From positions 1-38,845 of the forward strand of contig JALUTT010000083.1 of NCBI GenBank assembly GCA_027021705.1: 38,845 bases of DNA. Direction: 5' to 3'. This DNA comes from Anaerolineae bacterium. Lineage in GTDB: Bacteria; Chloroflexota; Anaerolineae; S140-20. The translations under genes and the position numbers were made by a program. The notes beneath the pieces were generated by a model. The model was given only the letters and a program-made list of their open reading frames with translations, did not search any database and was not told the DNA's origin. Below are positions 27,977-37,400 of this stretch, one piece after another. Each line of letters opens with the position of its first letter. The stretch's first letter is position 1.

Positions 27977-28442
27977 ATTGGCGAAGATTCGCGCATATTC
28001 GTGGATGAAACTTTAGGAGGCTTTGTATGCCCGGATTGATCTACAAAGATGAGGTGTATGCCTTGGTCGGCGCGGCTATGGAGGTGTACAACACCCTGGG
28101 GCCGGGCTTCCTCGAGCCTGTCTACCAGGAGGCTCTCGAAATCGAGCTCGCAGAGCGCCGTATTCCCTTCAAGTCGCAGCAAGAGTTGCGTATTTCGTAC
28201 AAGGGGCGTCGTCTGAGAAAGACCTACATCGCCGATTTCGTCGTCTATGACAAGATCATCGTTGAGATCAAAGCCCTGAACCGCTTGACTTCCCGTGAGG
28301 AGGCTCAACTGCTGAACTATTTGAAAGCAACGGGGATGCAAGTCGGCGTGCTCATCAACTTCGGCTCTGCGAACAGATTGGAATGGAAGCGGATGGTATT
28401 GACACGGAGATAATCCGCGAATTTGCACGAATCTGCGCGAAT
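27977..28442. mobile_element. GxxExxY gene unit bounded by 30-bp imperfect inverted repeats
   Basis: 27977-28006 ATTGGCGAAGATTCGCGCATATTCGTGGAT versus 28413-28442 ATCCGCGAATTTGCACGAATCTGCGCGAAT: 25/30 complementary. Mobility is inferred. Confidence 0.5.
28027..28413 (+). CDS. GxxExxY protein (PD-(D/E)xK nuclease superfamily)
   Basis: LGPGFLEPVYQEAL, YIADFVV..KIIVEIKA, AQLLNYLKAT, LINFG; AGGAGG RBS. Confidence 0.95.
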   Translation: MPGLIYKDEVYALVGAAMEVYNTLGPGFLEPVYQEALEIELAERRIPFKSQQELRISYKGRRLRKTYIADFVVYDKIIVEIKALNRLTSREEAQLLNYLKATGMQVGVLINFGSANRLEWKRMVLTRR

Positions 28443-28498
28443 GGATTCTTTGTCCGTGACGTCGGAGTCCTGATTCCGACTCGGTAGGAGGGGAACCG

Positions 28499-29911
28499 AT
28501 GCGAAGGTGGAAAATCCTGCTGGCGGCGCTCCTCGCCGTGGTCGCTCTGGGGATGGTCGCCTGTCGCTTGGCTTCCTTGGGAGCCGGGGCGGCTTCGCCG
28601 GCCCCCGCCCAAGGGACGCCGGCCGGCCCCGGCCGGCGTGGCACGGTCGGCGTCACCCTGACCCCCGTGGTCACCGCGTACCTCCCCACCGTGATGGCCA
28701 ACGCCCGGTTCCTGGATAAGTGGTCTCTGTGGACCGACGGCACCCGCCTGCGCGGGGCCAACATCTACCAGCGCCGCGTCTACCCCGAGCTGGACGGCCC
28801 CGACTTTATGGGCCCCGGCCCCGTCGGCCCCCCCTACACCCAGCAGGACTTCGACTGGCTGGCGGCGATGGGAGCCAACTACGTCAACATCTCCCATCCC
28901 GGCCTCTTCACCGAAACCCCACCCTACACCCTGGACGTGGGCATCCAGACCAACCTGGACAACCTGCTCAGCATGGCGGCCCAAGCAGACCTGTTCGTCG
29001 TCATCACCTTCCGCACCGGGCCGGGGCGCAGCGAGTTCTGGGCCTTCTGGGGTGAGGACACCGCCTCCGACCCCGAGGGGGGGTGGTTCGATCCCGGCTA
29101 CTACAACAACCGGGTCTGGGCCGATCAAGATGCTCAGGACGCTTGGGTGGCGATGTGGCGCTACACCGCCCAACGCTACAAGGACAACCCCATCGTCGTC
29201 GGCTACGACCTGATGTGCGAGCCCAACGCCAATGAGGTGGGGAGCTACCCCGTGGGCGATCCGCTGGAGGTCTGGGACCCGGGGGCCTTCTACGACCGGT
29301 ACGGCGGCACCCTGTACGACTGGAACCAGCTCTACCCCCGCATCGTCGCCGCCATCCGCGAGGTGGACCCCAACACGCCCATCCTCATCGGCGGAATGGG
29401 CTACAGCGCCGTCGAATGGCTCCCCTACATGCGGGTGCTCACCGAGACGCGCATCGTGTACGCGGTGCACCAGTACGAGCCCTTCGTCTACACCCACCAG
29501 GAGCCGCCAACCCTCACCAACCGCTACCCCGGCACCTTCGACGCCGACTACGACGGGACCGCCGACCAGGTCAACCGGGCCTGGCTGGATGCCCTGCTCT
29601 CGACGGTGGACACCTTCACCGCCGCCCACGGCGTGCCCGTCGCGGTGAACGAGTTCGGCGTGATGCGGTGGGAGCCTGGCGCCGATGCCTTTATGGACGA
29701 TCAGATGGGCCTCTTCGAGCAACGAGGCCTGAACTACGCCCTGTGGCTGTGGGAGACGTCGTGGGGGCCCTACGCCGGCGAGGTGGACGCCTTCAACTTC
29801 CGCCACGGCCCGGACCCCAATAACCACACCGACGTGGCCTCGAGCGACCTGATGGACGTCATCAGGTCCTACTGGAGCCGAAACACCGCCCGTCCGTCGC
29901 AGGGGGGGTGA
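28499..29911 (+). CDS. GH5 (cellulase family) glycoside hydrolase, probable lipoprotein
   Basis: Signal/lipobox MVAC; LRGAN; YDLMCEP (acid/base), VHQY, VNEFG (nucleophile); YLPTV near the N-terminus. Confidence 0.82.
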   Translation: MRRWKILLAALLAVVALGMVACRLASLGAGAASPAPAQGTPAGPGRRGTVGVTLTPVVTAYLPTVMANARFLDKWSLWTDGTRLRGANIYQRRVYPELDGPDFMGPGPVGPPYTQQDFDWLAAMGANYVNISHPGLFTETPPYTLDVGIQTNLDNLLSMAAQADLFVVITFRTGPGRSEFWAFWGEDTASDPEGGWFDPGYYNNRVWADQDAQDAWVAMWRYTAQRYKDNPIVVGYDLMCEPNANEVGSYPVGDPLEVWDPGAFYDRYGGTLYDWNQLYPRIVAAIREVDPNTPILIGGMGYSAVEWLPYMRVLTETRIVYAVHQYEPFVYTHQEPPTLTNRYPGTFDADYDGTADQVNRAWLDALLSTVDTFTAAHGVPVAVNEFGVMRWEPGADAFMDDQMGLFEQRGLNYALWLWETSWGPYAGEVDAFNFRHGPDPNNHTDVASSDLMDVIRSYWSRNTARPSQGG

Positions 29912-29937
29912 TGGCGCTCCAATGGAAGGGGGATGCG

Positions 29938-31848
29938 ATGGACCGCCGCCAAGCTGTGCTGGCCGTTCTCCTCGGCGCTCTGGGGATGCTTCTGGTCGGT
30001 CGGGCTCCTCTCGCCGGCCGTGCCCGGCTTTCCCCGGCCGGAACGGTGAAGCACTCCAGCGCCCCCATCGCCATCACCCCCGACGGCGCGACCCTTCTCG
30101 TCGTCAACCCCGACTCCAACACCCTCTCTCAGGTGAGCCTGGGCACGCTGACCGCCGTCACCGAGCTCTCCGTTGGGGTGGACCCCCGCAGCGTGGCCGT
30201 CTCCCCCGATGGGCGCAGGGCCTACGTCGCCAACCAGGGCTCCGATACCCTCGCCGTGGTGGACCTGGACGCCGGCCGCGTCATCACCCAAGTGGCGGTG
30301 GGGGATAGGCCGGTGGGGGTGGTCGTCTCGCCCGATGGGCGCTTCGTCGTCGTGGCGGAGCTGGGGGACGATACCGTGCGCTTCCTCGACGCCGGCGACC
30401 TCTCCACCCTCTCGACCTGGGCCGTCGCCGACCGGCCCTACGGGCTGGCCTTCACCCCCGACGGTCGCCGGCTCCTCGTCACCCACCTCCTCAGCGGCGA
30501 CGTGACCATCCTGTCCGTCCGGCCTTTCACCCTCTACCTCCCCCTGATCCTCATCGCGCAACCCGCAGCACGCCCCACGTACCACGCACTGCGCATCACG
30601 CAACGCGCAACGCGCATCCCCACCTGGCCCCACGTCGCTCCCGCCTCCGCCGTCGTCGTCAACGCGGCCGGGACCCGCGCCTACCTTCCCCAGACGATGG
30701 CCAACGGCCTGGGCCTCAACACCCGGTTCGACACCACCGTCTTCCCCAAGGTCTCCGTGCTCAACCTGGAGAGCGAGACCCACCAGCCCTCCGAACAGGT
30801 CTCCCTGCCGGAGACCGACCAGCCTGTGGGGCTGCCCTGGGACGTCGCCCTGGCCAAGAACGACACCGAGCTATGGGTGGTCAACGCCGCCAGCAACGAC
30901 ATCTCGGTGGTAGAGATCGGCGACCCGACCCACCCCCGCCGCACGGCCCACATCCCCGTGGGGGACAACCCGAGGGGCATCGTCTTCAGCCCCGATGGGC
31001 ACACCGCCTACGTCAACAACACCCTGGCCGGCACCGTCAGCGTCCTCGACGCCGACACCTACACCGTGACGGCCACCATCACCGTCACCACCATCCCCCT
31101 GCCGCCGGTGCTGTTGCACGGCAAGCGGCTCTTCTTCTCCAGCGCCCGGCCCGACCTGGCCCAAGCCCGCTGGATCAGTTGTAGCACCTGCCACATCGAG
31201 GGGGAGCACGACGGGCGTACCTGGCTGCTCCAGTACACCGGCGAGGTGCCGCCGGGGGCCACGCCGGTCATCACCCGCAACACGACCAGCCTGCTGGGTA
31301 TGGTCGAGACCTACCCCCTGCGCTGGTCGGCCGAGTGGGACGAGTCGGCCGACAGCGAGTTCAGCGTCCGCTTCGAGCAGTTCGGCACCGGCCTGATCCA
31401 CGACGGCGCGATGAACCCCACCCTGGGCGCACCCAACCAGGGCCGCTCCTACGACCTGGACTGCCTGGCCGCCTTCATTGACAGCCTGAGCGTGCCGGAG
31501 CGAACCCACACCCTGACCGCTGCCGAGCGGCGGGGCAAGGCGATATTCGAGTCGGACGAGACCGGCTGCGCCGACTGCCATCCCCCGCCCCTCTACACCG
31601 ACCTGAAGCAGCACGACGTGGGAACGGCCGACGCCTACGGCGAGTGGTTCGGTCCGCGCATAGACACCCCTTCGCTGCGCTTCCTGTACGACAGCGCCCC
31701 CTACCTCCACGACGGCAGCGCGGCCACCCTGCGGGAGGTGCTGACCACCGCCAATCCCAACGACGAGCACGGCGTCACCTCCCACCTGACGGAGCAGGAG
31801 CTGGACGACCTGATCGCCTTTCTGCTGGCCCTGCCCTACGATGAGTGA
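29938..31848 (+). CDS. YncE/YVTN beta-propeller + di-heme cytochrome c (peroxidase/MauG-like C-terminus)
   Basis: SPDG repeats; CSTCH and CADCH; TPSLR...APYLHDGSAATL; start set at ATG 29938. Confidence 0.87.
   Translation: MDRRQAVLAVLLGALGMLLVGRAPLAGRARLSPAGTVKHSSAPIAITPDGATLLVVNPDSNTLSQVSLGTLTAVTELSVGVDPRSVAVSPDGRRAYVANQGSDTLAVVDLDAGRVITQVAVGDRPVGVVVSPDGRFVVVAELGDDTVRFLDAGDLSTLSTWAVADRPYGLAFTPDGRRLLVTHLLSGDVTILSVRPFTLYLPLILIAQPAARPTYHALRITQRATRIPTWPHVAPASAVVVNAAGTRAYLPQTMANGLGLNTRFDTTVFPKVSVLNLESETHQPSEQVSLPETDQPVGLPWDVALAKNDTELWVVNAASNDISVVEIGDPTHPRRTAHIPVGDNPRGIVFSPDGHTAYVNNTLAGTVSVLDADTYTVTATITVTTIPLPPVLLHGKRLFFSSARPDLAQARWISCSTCHIEGEHDGRTWLLQYTGEVPPGATPVITRNTTSLLGMVETYPLRWSAEWDESADSEFSVRFEQFGTGLIHDGAMNPTLGAPNQGRSYDLDCLAAFIDSLSVPERTHTLTAAERRGKAIFESDETGCADCHPPPLYTDLKQHDVGTADAYGEWFGPRIDTPSLRFLYDSAPYLHDGSAATLREVLTTANPNDEHGVTSHLTEQELDDLIAFLLALPYDE
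30557..30619. repeat. In-frame 9 x 7-mer tandem repeat inside the CDS
   Basis: cgcaacc cgcagca cgcccca cgtacca cgcactg cgcatca cgcaacg cgcaacg cgcatcc. Confidence 0.8.
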
Positions 31849-31888
31849 CCTCGGCAGCGGGTACGGCAACCCGCCCTGTATTCAGCCT

Positions 31889-31985
31889 ACCCTCCCGCAG
31901 GTCACCGGTCGAGGGTGCTTTCAGCCCCGATGGGCTATTGGAAGCACGGTTTCGCGTCGGAAACGCGCCTAACCTGCGGGAGGGT
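31889..31985. repeat. Third 97-bp element with the same 14-bp terminal inverted repeats and a different interior
   Basis: ACCCTCCCGCAGGT (31889-31902) ... ACCTGCGGGAGGGT (31972-31985). Confidence 0.88.
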
Positions 31986-32029
31986 GAACAGCTACCTTAA
32001 CGATTGACTTAACAAGGAGGCTCCCACCG

Positions 32030-35000
32030 ATGGACAAGAAAGCCGTCTCGATCTCCGTCTTGATCCTGGGGCTCGGGCTGGCGTTGCTGCTCGGCTCCGG
32101 CAACCTGCTGTCCGCGCCGCCTGCCGATGTCGGAGCGGCCCTCCGGCCAACGGTGTCCGCCCCCGTCCGGGGCCGGCAGGCCACCCACCGTCTCCAAGGG
32201 GAGGTCCGACGGCCCGACGGCGGGCTCCACACCCGCTTCCTCTGGCTCACCGCCGTCGCCCTCAGCGCCCCCTCCGAGGACCGCTGGGTCGGCATCCCTG
32301 TGAGCGGGGGGCGCTTCGACGTGGACCTGTCGCCCGACGTCTACACGCTCGCCACGATGGAGGGCCGCCCCACCCCCTACTTTATGTCCGCCACCAAGGT
32401 GGACCTGCGCAGCGGCGACGTGACCGGCTTGGTGATCACCCTGACCAACGAGATACCGCCCCCCTTCCCGACCACACCGCCCGACGCCGAACGCATCGCC
32501 GTCGGCAGCGCCGACGCCGAGGGGTACGCTTCCATCATCGGCAGCGCAGGGGCGGTGGAGCCTTTCTCCCTCGTGCTGCTCGCCAACGTCAGCGCCAGGA
32601 CCGTGACCACGGCCACCGCCGACGCCAACGGGGCCTTTCGGGCCACCCTCTACGCCCCGCCGGGCTCCTCGCTGCTGGTCAAGTACGATCCCATCGGCAA
32701 CCGCGTGGCCCAGGCTTGGCAGGACGCTTTGGCTACGGAGTGGTCGGGCATCTCTGTCTTCTCCCTGCCCGGCACCATCCTGCCCGTCGGCCCCACCGAG
32801 ACGGGGGGGAGCTTCCACAGCGTGGGGACTTGGTACGAGGAGAAGCCCAACCGCTGGGCCGGCTGGGCCGTCTCCGGCACCCTCCAGACCTCCGACGGCG
32901 ACTTCACCGTCCAGCCGGGCCAGACCATCACCCTGGAAGCCTACATCCGGGTCACCGCGCCGGCCATCACCTGCACCGATCCGGTCACCTTCGAGGTGCC
33001 CTTCCACGTCCGCCTGAGATCCCTCTTCGACGCCGAGGGGCGGCCCGCGCCCTCCGGCATCTGGTTCAACGCCCACCTCTTCACCCCCACCGGCCTCCCC
33101 ATCGAGCACGAGCTGGAGGATGGGGTGTGGCGTCCGGTCGGCTCCTCCACCTTCACCAACGGCTTCTGCGTGGGCACCCACACCTTCGTCGCCTCGCGGG
33201 CGATGACCTTCCAGATCCCCTCGGGCCTGGCGGACGGCATCTATCGGGTGGAAGCCTTCATCCCTCCGGGCGTGATCCCCCTGGCCTCCGGCGTGCCGAT
33301 GCTGCCCGTCTGGTACCACGTCTTCCCGCTGGCCACGATGCCCTCCCTCGTCGTCGGCAACCCGGCCTCGCCCCACATCCCCTGGACGCTGCTGGCCGAC
33401 TACCCGGTCAACGGCCACCGGGGGGTCCAGGCCCGCGAGGACGTGGGGGTCTTCCAGATGCCCACCCGGGTTCTCTTCCCGCCCTATCGGGTCGTCATCC
33501 CCCGCCTGGACGAGCGGACGGGGAAGCCGCTGGTCTACCGGCTGGAGCCGGGCTCCCACTGGCTCTCGGCCAGTGAGCGGCGGCTGCCCAACCCGCCCCG
33601 CCTTCCCTTCGCCTTCCCGTCGGGTTCCCTGACCGTACAGGTCCACAAGCCCGACGGCACCACGGACACCCTGGGGCCGGCCTCCATCCGCCAGTCGTCG
33701 GTGCGCACGCCCACCACCCCCGGCGGCGCTCCCCTCGACTTCGGCACCGGCCAGGTCTCCGACCTCTACCACCTGACGACGATGGACGACGCCTTCGCCT
33801 ACACCTTCGACCAGTACGGCCTCCACACCATCACCCTGGAGGGGGAGGTGTACGATGTGTACGGCAACGCCTATCCCATCCGGGGCACCTACGAGGTGAT
33901 GGTGGCTCAGGTGCTGGACTTGGACCCCGGCCAACTGCCCACCACGCCCTACGTCCAGGGGGACGCCTTTATGCCCGGCCTGCACCTCTTCCCGCCCGTT
34001 CCCGCCGAGGTCACCGTCCGGCTGGTGCAGATGCCCAACTCCGACCCGGCCCAGGCCATCACCACCACCATCACCGGGCAGGCTAACCGCTTCGGCTACT
34101 TCCAGCCCCCGGCGGGAACCGAGGTCCGCCTCCAGGCCCCTGGCGAGTTCCGGGTGGACCTGACCGCCGTCTACACCGCCCCCGACGGCACCCTCTGGGC
34201 GGGCACGATGACCTGGGGCAACGTGGTCGAAGGCCCCTCCCCGAGGATCGCGGCCCACGGGCGGCGGGGGATGGACTACTACAACAGCCCCATCAACGAC
34301 ATGCCGCCCTGGTTCCGGGTCTTCGACCTCCCGGCGGACAAGGTGGGCATCGAGGTCTATTACCCCTACTTCAGCGGCGACGTTCACTGGGGGAACGAGG
34401 ACCGCCAGCCGGGCGACTCCATCCATCCCGTCGTCACCATCGAGGACCTGACCGCCGAGAAGAGCTTCTACAACCTCCTGCGTGAGCACTTCCCCCGCGC
34501 CAAGACCTGCTACCGCCGTCCTCCCGAGACGTGCAGCGCTGCGGGGCTGGAGGAGCGGATCGCCATCGGCGAAGCGCCCCTCTTCATCACGACCAGGAGC
34601 GGCACCGATCCGACGGTCGCCCCCGACGAGATTGACCTGTGGGGCTACTGGTACGGGAGTTCGGAGCGGCCCGACGTGCGGGTGCGGGAGGTCCTCTCCG
34701 AAGATGCTATCGGCACCGCCTACTGGCGCTTCGGCGACACCTACGGCTACCAGATCGGCGAGCCGGCCGACGGCGACCAGCCCGGCGACCTCAAGTGGGA
34801 GTTCGGTGGGGCGGTCTTCCGCCTCATCTCGGAGACCAACCCCATCCGCGAGTACGCCATCTACAGTTCGCTGTGGGTGCTGTTGCCCCACGGCTGCGAC
34901 GCCTTCGGCTGTGCCCGGGTGACGCCTCCCTTTCAGGATGCCACCGGGGCCAGCATCAACGGTGGGCCGATCATGACCATCACCGTCAGAGGAGAGGCGC

Positions 35001-35758
35001 GGGAGGTTGATATGCTCTTCCTGCCCAAGGGGGTGCGCCCCGGCGACGTGCTGGAGGTGGGCGACGTGGTCGCCTTCTCCGGCCACGTCGGCCCCCCGCT
35101 GGACAGCCGCGTCAGCGTCACCATCACCTCCCCCAGCGGCGTTCGGCACGCCCGCACCTGGCACGCCAACAAGATCGGCTGGCTCTACGACCCCACCTTC
35201 GACTTCGTCGCCGACGAGCCCGGCCGCTGGACGGTGGAGGTCGCCGTGGTCCACGACCGCCCCTACGTGGGGAACGGGGTGACGCCCCAGAGCCACAACA
35301 CCGGCACGGTGCTGGGCACCGAGGGGGCCTATGAGTTCTACGTCGTCGAGCCGGACGCCCCCCGCCTCCTCGTCTACGCCCCACCTCCCGGCTTCCTCGT
35401 CTGGTCGTCCGGGGGCATCGAGCCGGTCCACATCCGGGGGGCGGCTCCGGCCGGGACGACGGCCATCCGCTACACCGTGCACGACAAGGGGGTGGTGATG
35501 GGGCAGGGAGAGGTGCGCCCGGACGCCGGCGGTCTCTTCACCGTCACCTACGACGCCAAGGCCCTCCACGCCGACTTCCCTATGCTCAGCCTGACGGCCC
35601 ACGAGGGGCAGTGGGAGGGGCTGGCCGACGAGGTGGCCATCAACCTGCTGGCGGAGGGGGACAACCTACGGGCCAACACGGTGACGCTCATCGGCGAGGA
35701 AGTCTTCATCGGCGGCCAGGTGCGCCGGGTCTACCTGCCGCTGGTGCTGAGGCAGTGA
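32030..35758 (+). CDS. Large secreted hypothetical protein with C-terminal YLPLVLR motif
   Basis: AAGGAGG RBS, signal peptide, beta-rich sequence, no family recognised. Confidence 0.85.
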   Translation: MDKKAVSISVLILGLGLALLLGSGNLLSAPPADVGAALRPTVSAPVRGRQATHRLQGEVRRPDGGLHTRFLWLTAVALSAPSEDRWVGIPVSGGRFDVDLSPDVYTLATMEGRPTPYFMSATKVDLRSGDVTGLVITLTNEIPPPFPTTPPDAERIAVGSADAEGYASIIGSAGAVEPFSLVLLANVSARTVTTATADANGAFRATLYAPPGSSLLVKYDPIGNRVAQAWQDALATEWSGISVFSLPGTILPVGPTETGGSFHSVGTWYEEKPNRWAGWAVSGTLQTSDGDFTVQPGQTITLEAYIRVTAPAITCTDPVTFEVPFHVRLRSLFDAEGRPAPSGIWFNAHLFTPTGLPIEHELEDGVWRPVGSSTFTNGFCVGTHTFVASRAMTFQIPSGLADGIYRVEAFIPPGVIPLASGVPMLPVWYHVFPLATMPSLVVGNPASPHIPWTLLADYPVNGHRGVQAREDVGVFQMPTRVLFPPYRVVIPRLDERTGKPLVYRLEPGSHWLSASERRLPNPPRLPFAFPSGSLTVQVHKPDGTTDTLGPASIRQSSVRTPTTPGGAPLDFGTGQVSDLYHLTTMDDAFAYTFDQYGLHTITLEGEVYDVYGNAYPIRGTYEVMVAQVLDLDPGQLPTTPYVQGDAFMPGLHLFPPVPAEVTVRLVQMPNSDPAQAITTTITGQANRFGYFQPPAGTEVRLQAPGEFRVDLTAVYTAPDGTLWAGTMTWGNVVEGPSPRIAAHGRRGMDYYNSPINDMPPWFRVFDLPADKVGIEVYYPYFSGDVHWGNEDRQPGDSIHPVVTIEDLTAEKSFYNLLREHFPRAKTCYRRPPETCSAAGLEERIAIGEAPLFITTRSGTDPTVAPDEIDLWGYWYGSSERPDVRVREVLSEDAIGTAYWRFGDTYGYQIGEPADGDQPGDLKWEFGGAVFRLISETNPIREYAIYSSLWVLLPHGCDAFGCARVTPPFQDATGASINGGPIMTITVRGEAREVDMLFLPKGVRPGDVLEVGDVVAFSGHVGPPLDSRVSVTITSPSGVRHARTWHANKIGWLYDPTFDFVADEPGRWTVEVAVVHDRPYVGNGVTPQSHNTGTVLGTEGAYEFYVVEPDAPRLLVYAPPPGFLVWSSGGIEPVHIRGAAPAGTTAIRYTVHDKGVVMGQGEVRPDAGGLFTVTYDAKALHADFPMLSLTAHEGQWEGLADEVAINLLAEGDNLRANTVTLIGEEVFIGGQVRRVYLPLVLRQ

Positions 35759-35773
35759 GGAAAAGAGGTCGAG

Positions 35774-37381
35774 ATGCCTAGGTGTGCGGTTTGCCTGGCG
35801 ATGGCGAGCCTGCTGGTGGGGGCGATGCTTTGGCTCCTCTCGGGCCAACCGGCGGCGGTGCAGGGGGACGCCACCGTCAGCGGCATGGTCGTGGACGCCG
35901 ACGGCCCCGTCGCCGGGGCCACGGTGCGGGTGCGGGCCACCGACAACGTGACCTGGACCGCTGCCGACGGTCGGTTCACCCTGGGATCGCTGACCGAGGG
36001 GCAGGAGGTCGAGGTGGCGGCCTGGGCCGAGGGCTACTACGTCGCCAGCACCCACGTCACCCCCACCGTCGGCGGCGTCACCCTCACCCTGCGGCCCTAC
36101 CATACGACGGACCACCCCGACTACTCGTGGGTCTCTCCCATCAGCGGCACTTCCGAGGGGGCCTGCGGCAACTGCCATCCGATGATCGTCTCCCAGTGGA
36201 TCACCAACGCCCACGGCGGGGCCATCGCCAACCCGCGCTTCTTCAGCCTCTACAACGGCACCGACCTCAGCGGGACGCTCCGGGTCGGCCCCGGCTATCG
36301 GAACGACTTCCCTGACACGGCGGGCAACTGTGCCAACTGCCACGCGCCGGGAGCCGGAGCGGATGGTTACCTGACCACGGAGATGAACGGTGTGCGGGGG
36401 GTGATCACCGCCGGCATCCACTGCGACTACTGCCACAAGGTGGGCGGCGTCTACCTGAACCCGGCGACCGGGTCGGTCTACCCCAACGCGCCGGGGGTGC
36501 GGAGCCAGCGCCTGCTCCGGCCTCCTCCGGGGGACAACATCTTCTTCGGCCCCTACGACGACATCCACGACCCGGACACCTACCTGCCGGCCATCACCCG
36601 GAGCCGGTTCTGCGCCCCCTGTCACCAGTTCAGCTTCTGGGGCACGCCCATCTACGGCTCCTACGAGGAGTGGCTGGAGAGCCCCTACGCCGAGGCCGGC
36701 ATCCCCTGTCAGACCTGCCACATGCCCCCCACCGGCGATGCGTACTTCGCGCTGCCGGAGAAGGGGGGGCTGGCCCACCCGCCGGAGCGGATTCCCTCCC
36801 ACCGCCAGTTGGGCGCGTCCGACGAAGGGCTGCTCCGGGAGAGCGTGACGATGACGGTGACGGCCCGGCAGGCGATGGACCGCGTCGTGGTCACGGTGAC
36901 CCTCACCAACACCGGGGCGGGGCACCACGTGCCCACCGACTTCCCCGGCCGGCACCTGATCCTGACCGTCGTCGCGGTGGATGGGCAGGGGATCCCCCTG
37001 GCCCAGGTGGAGGGGCCGGTTGTGCCGGATTGGGGCGGTGCTCAAGCGGGACGGCCGGGCAAGGTCTTCGCCAAGGTGCTCCAGGATGCCCGAAGCGGGG
37101 ACGCGCCGGTGGTGAGCTACTGGAAGCAGAGCTTCATCCTCGAGGACAACCGGATCCCGGCCCTGGGCAGCGACACCTCGGCCTACACCTTCGCCCTGCC
37201 TCGGGGGCCGGGAGCCCCGGCGGTCGTGACGGTGACGGCGCGGTTGCGCTTTCGCCGCGCCTTCCAGGCGGTGATGGACGCCAAGGGATGGGATGTGCCG
37301 GACATCGTGATGGAAGAGGCCCAGGTCACGCTCTCCCGCCGGCCCTGGTGGACGCTCTTCCTGCCGCTGGTGGGGAGGTAA
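35774..37381 (+). CDS. Secreted penta-heme cytochrome c with carboxypeptidase-regulatory-like N-domain
   Basis: CGNCH, CANCH, CDYCH, CAPCH, CQTCH; GPVAGATV..DGRFTL; AGHHVPT; C-terminal LFLPLVGR. Confidence 0.88.
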   Translation: MPRCAVCLAMASLLVGAMLWLLSGQPAAVQGDATVSGMVVDADGPVAGATVRVRATDNVTWTAADGRFTLGSLTEGQEVEVAAWAEGYYVASTHVTPTVGGVTLTLRPYHTTDHPDYSWVSPISGTSEGACGNCHPMIVSQWITNAHGGAIANPRFFSLYNGTDLSGTLRVGPGYRNDFPDTAGNCANCHAPGAGADGYLTTEMNGVRGVITAGIHCDYCHKVGGVYLNPATGSVYPNAPGVRSQRLLRPPPGDNIFFGPYDDIHDPDTYLPAITRSRFCAPCHQFSFWGTPIYGSYEEWLESPYAEAGIPCQTCHMPPTGDAYFALPEKGGLAHPPERIPSHRQLGASDEGLLRESVTMTVTARQAMDRVVVTVTLTNTGAGHHVPTDFPGRHLILTVVAVDGQGIPLAQVEGPVVPDWGGAQAGRPGKVFAKVLQDARSGDAPVVSYWKQSFILEDNRIPALGSDTSAYTFALPRGPGAPAVVTVTARLRFRRAFQAVMDAKGWDVPDIVMEEAQVTLSRRPWWTLFLPLVGR

Positions 37382-37400
37382 AAGACGAGGAGGTGTGAAG

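Noticed and set aside
14760..37045. Long antisense ORFs (e.g. 16830-20261, 20096-23053, 25617-27557, 32009-35602)
   Set aside because: Shadow frames of high-GC genes with no recognisable motifs; the same applies to 1053-3302 opposite cas10.
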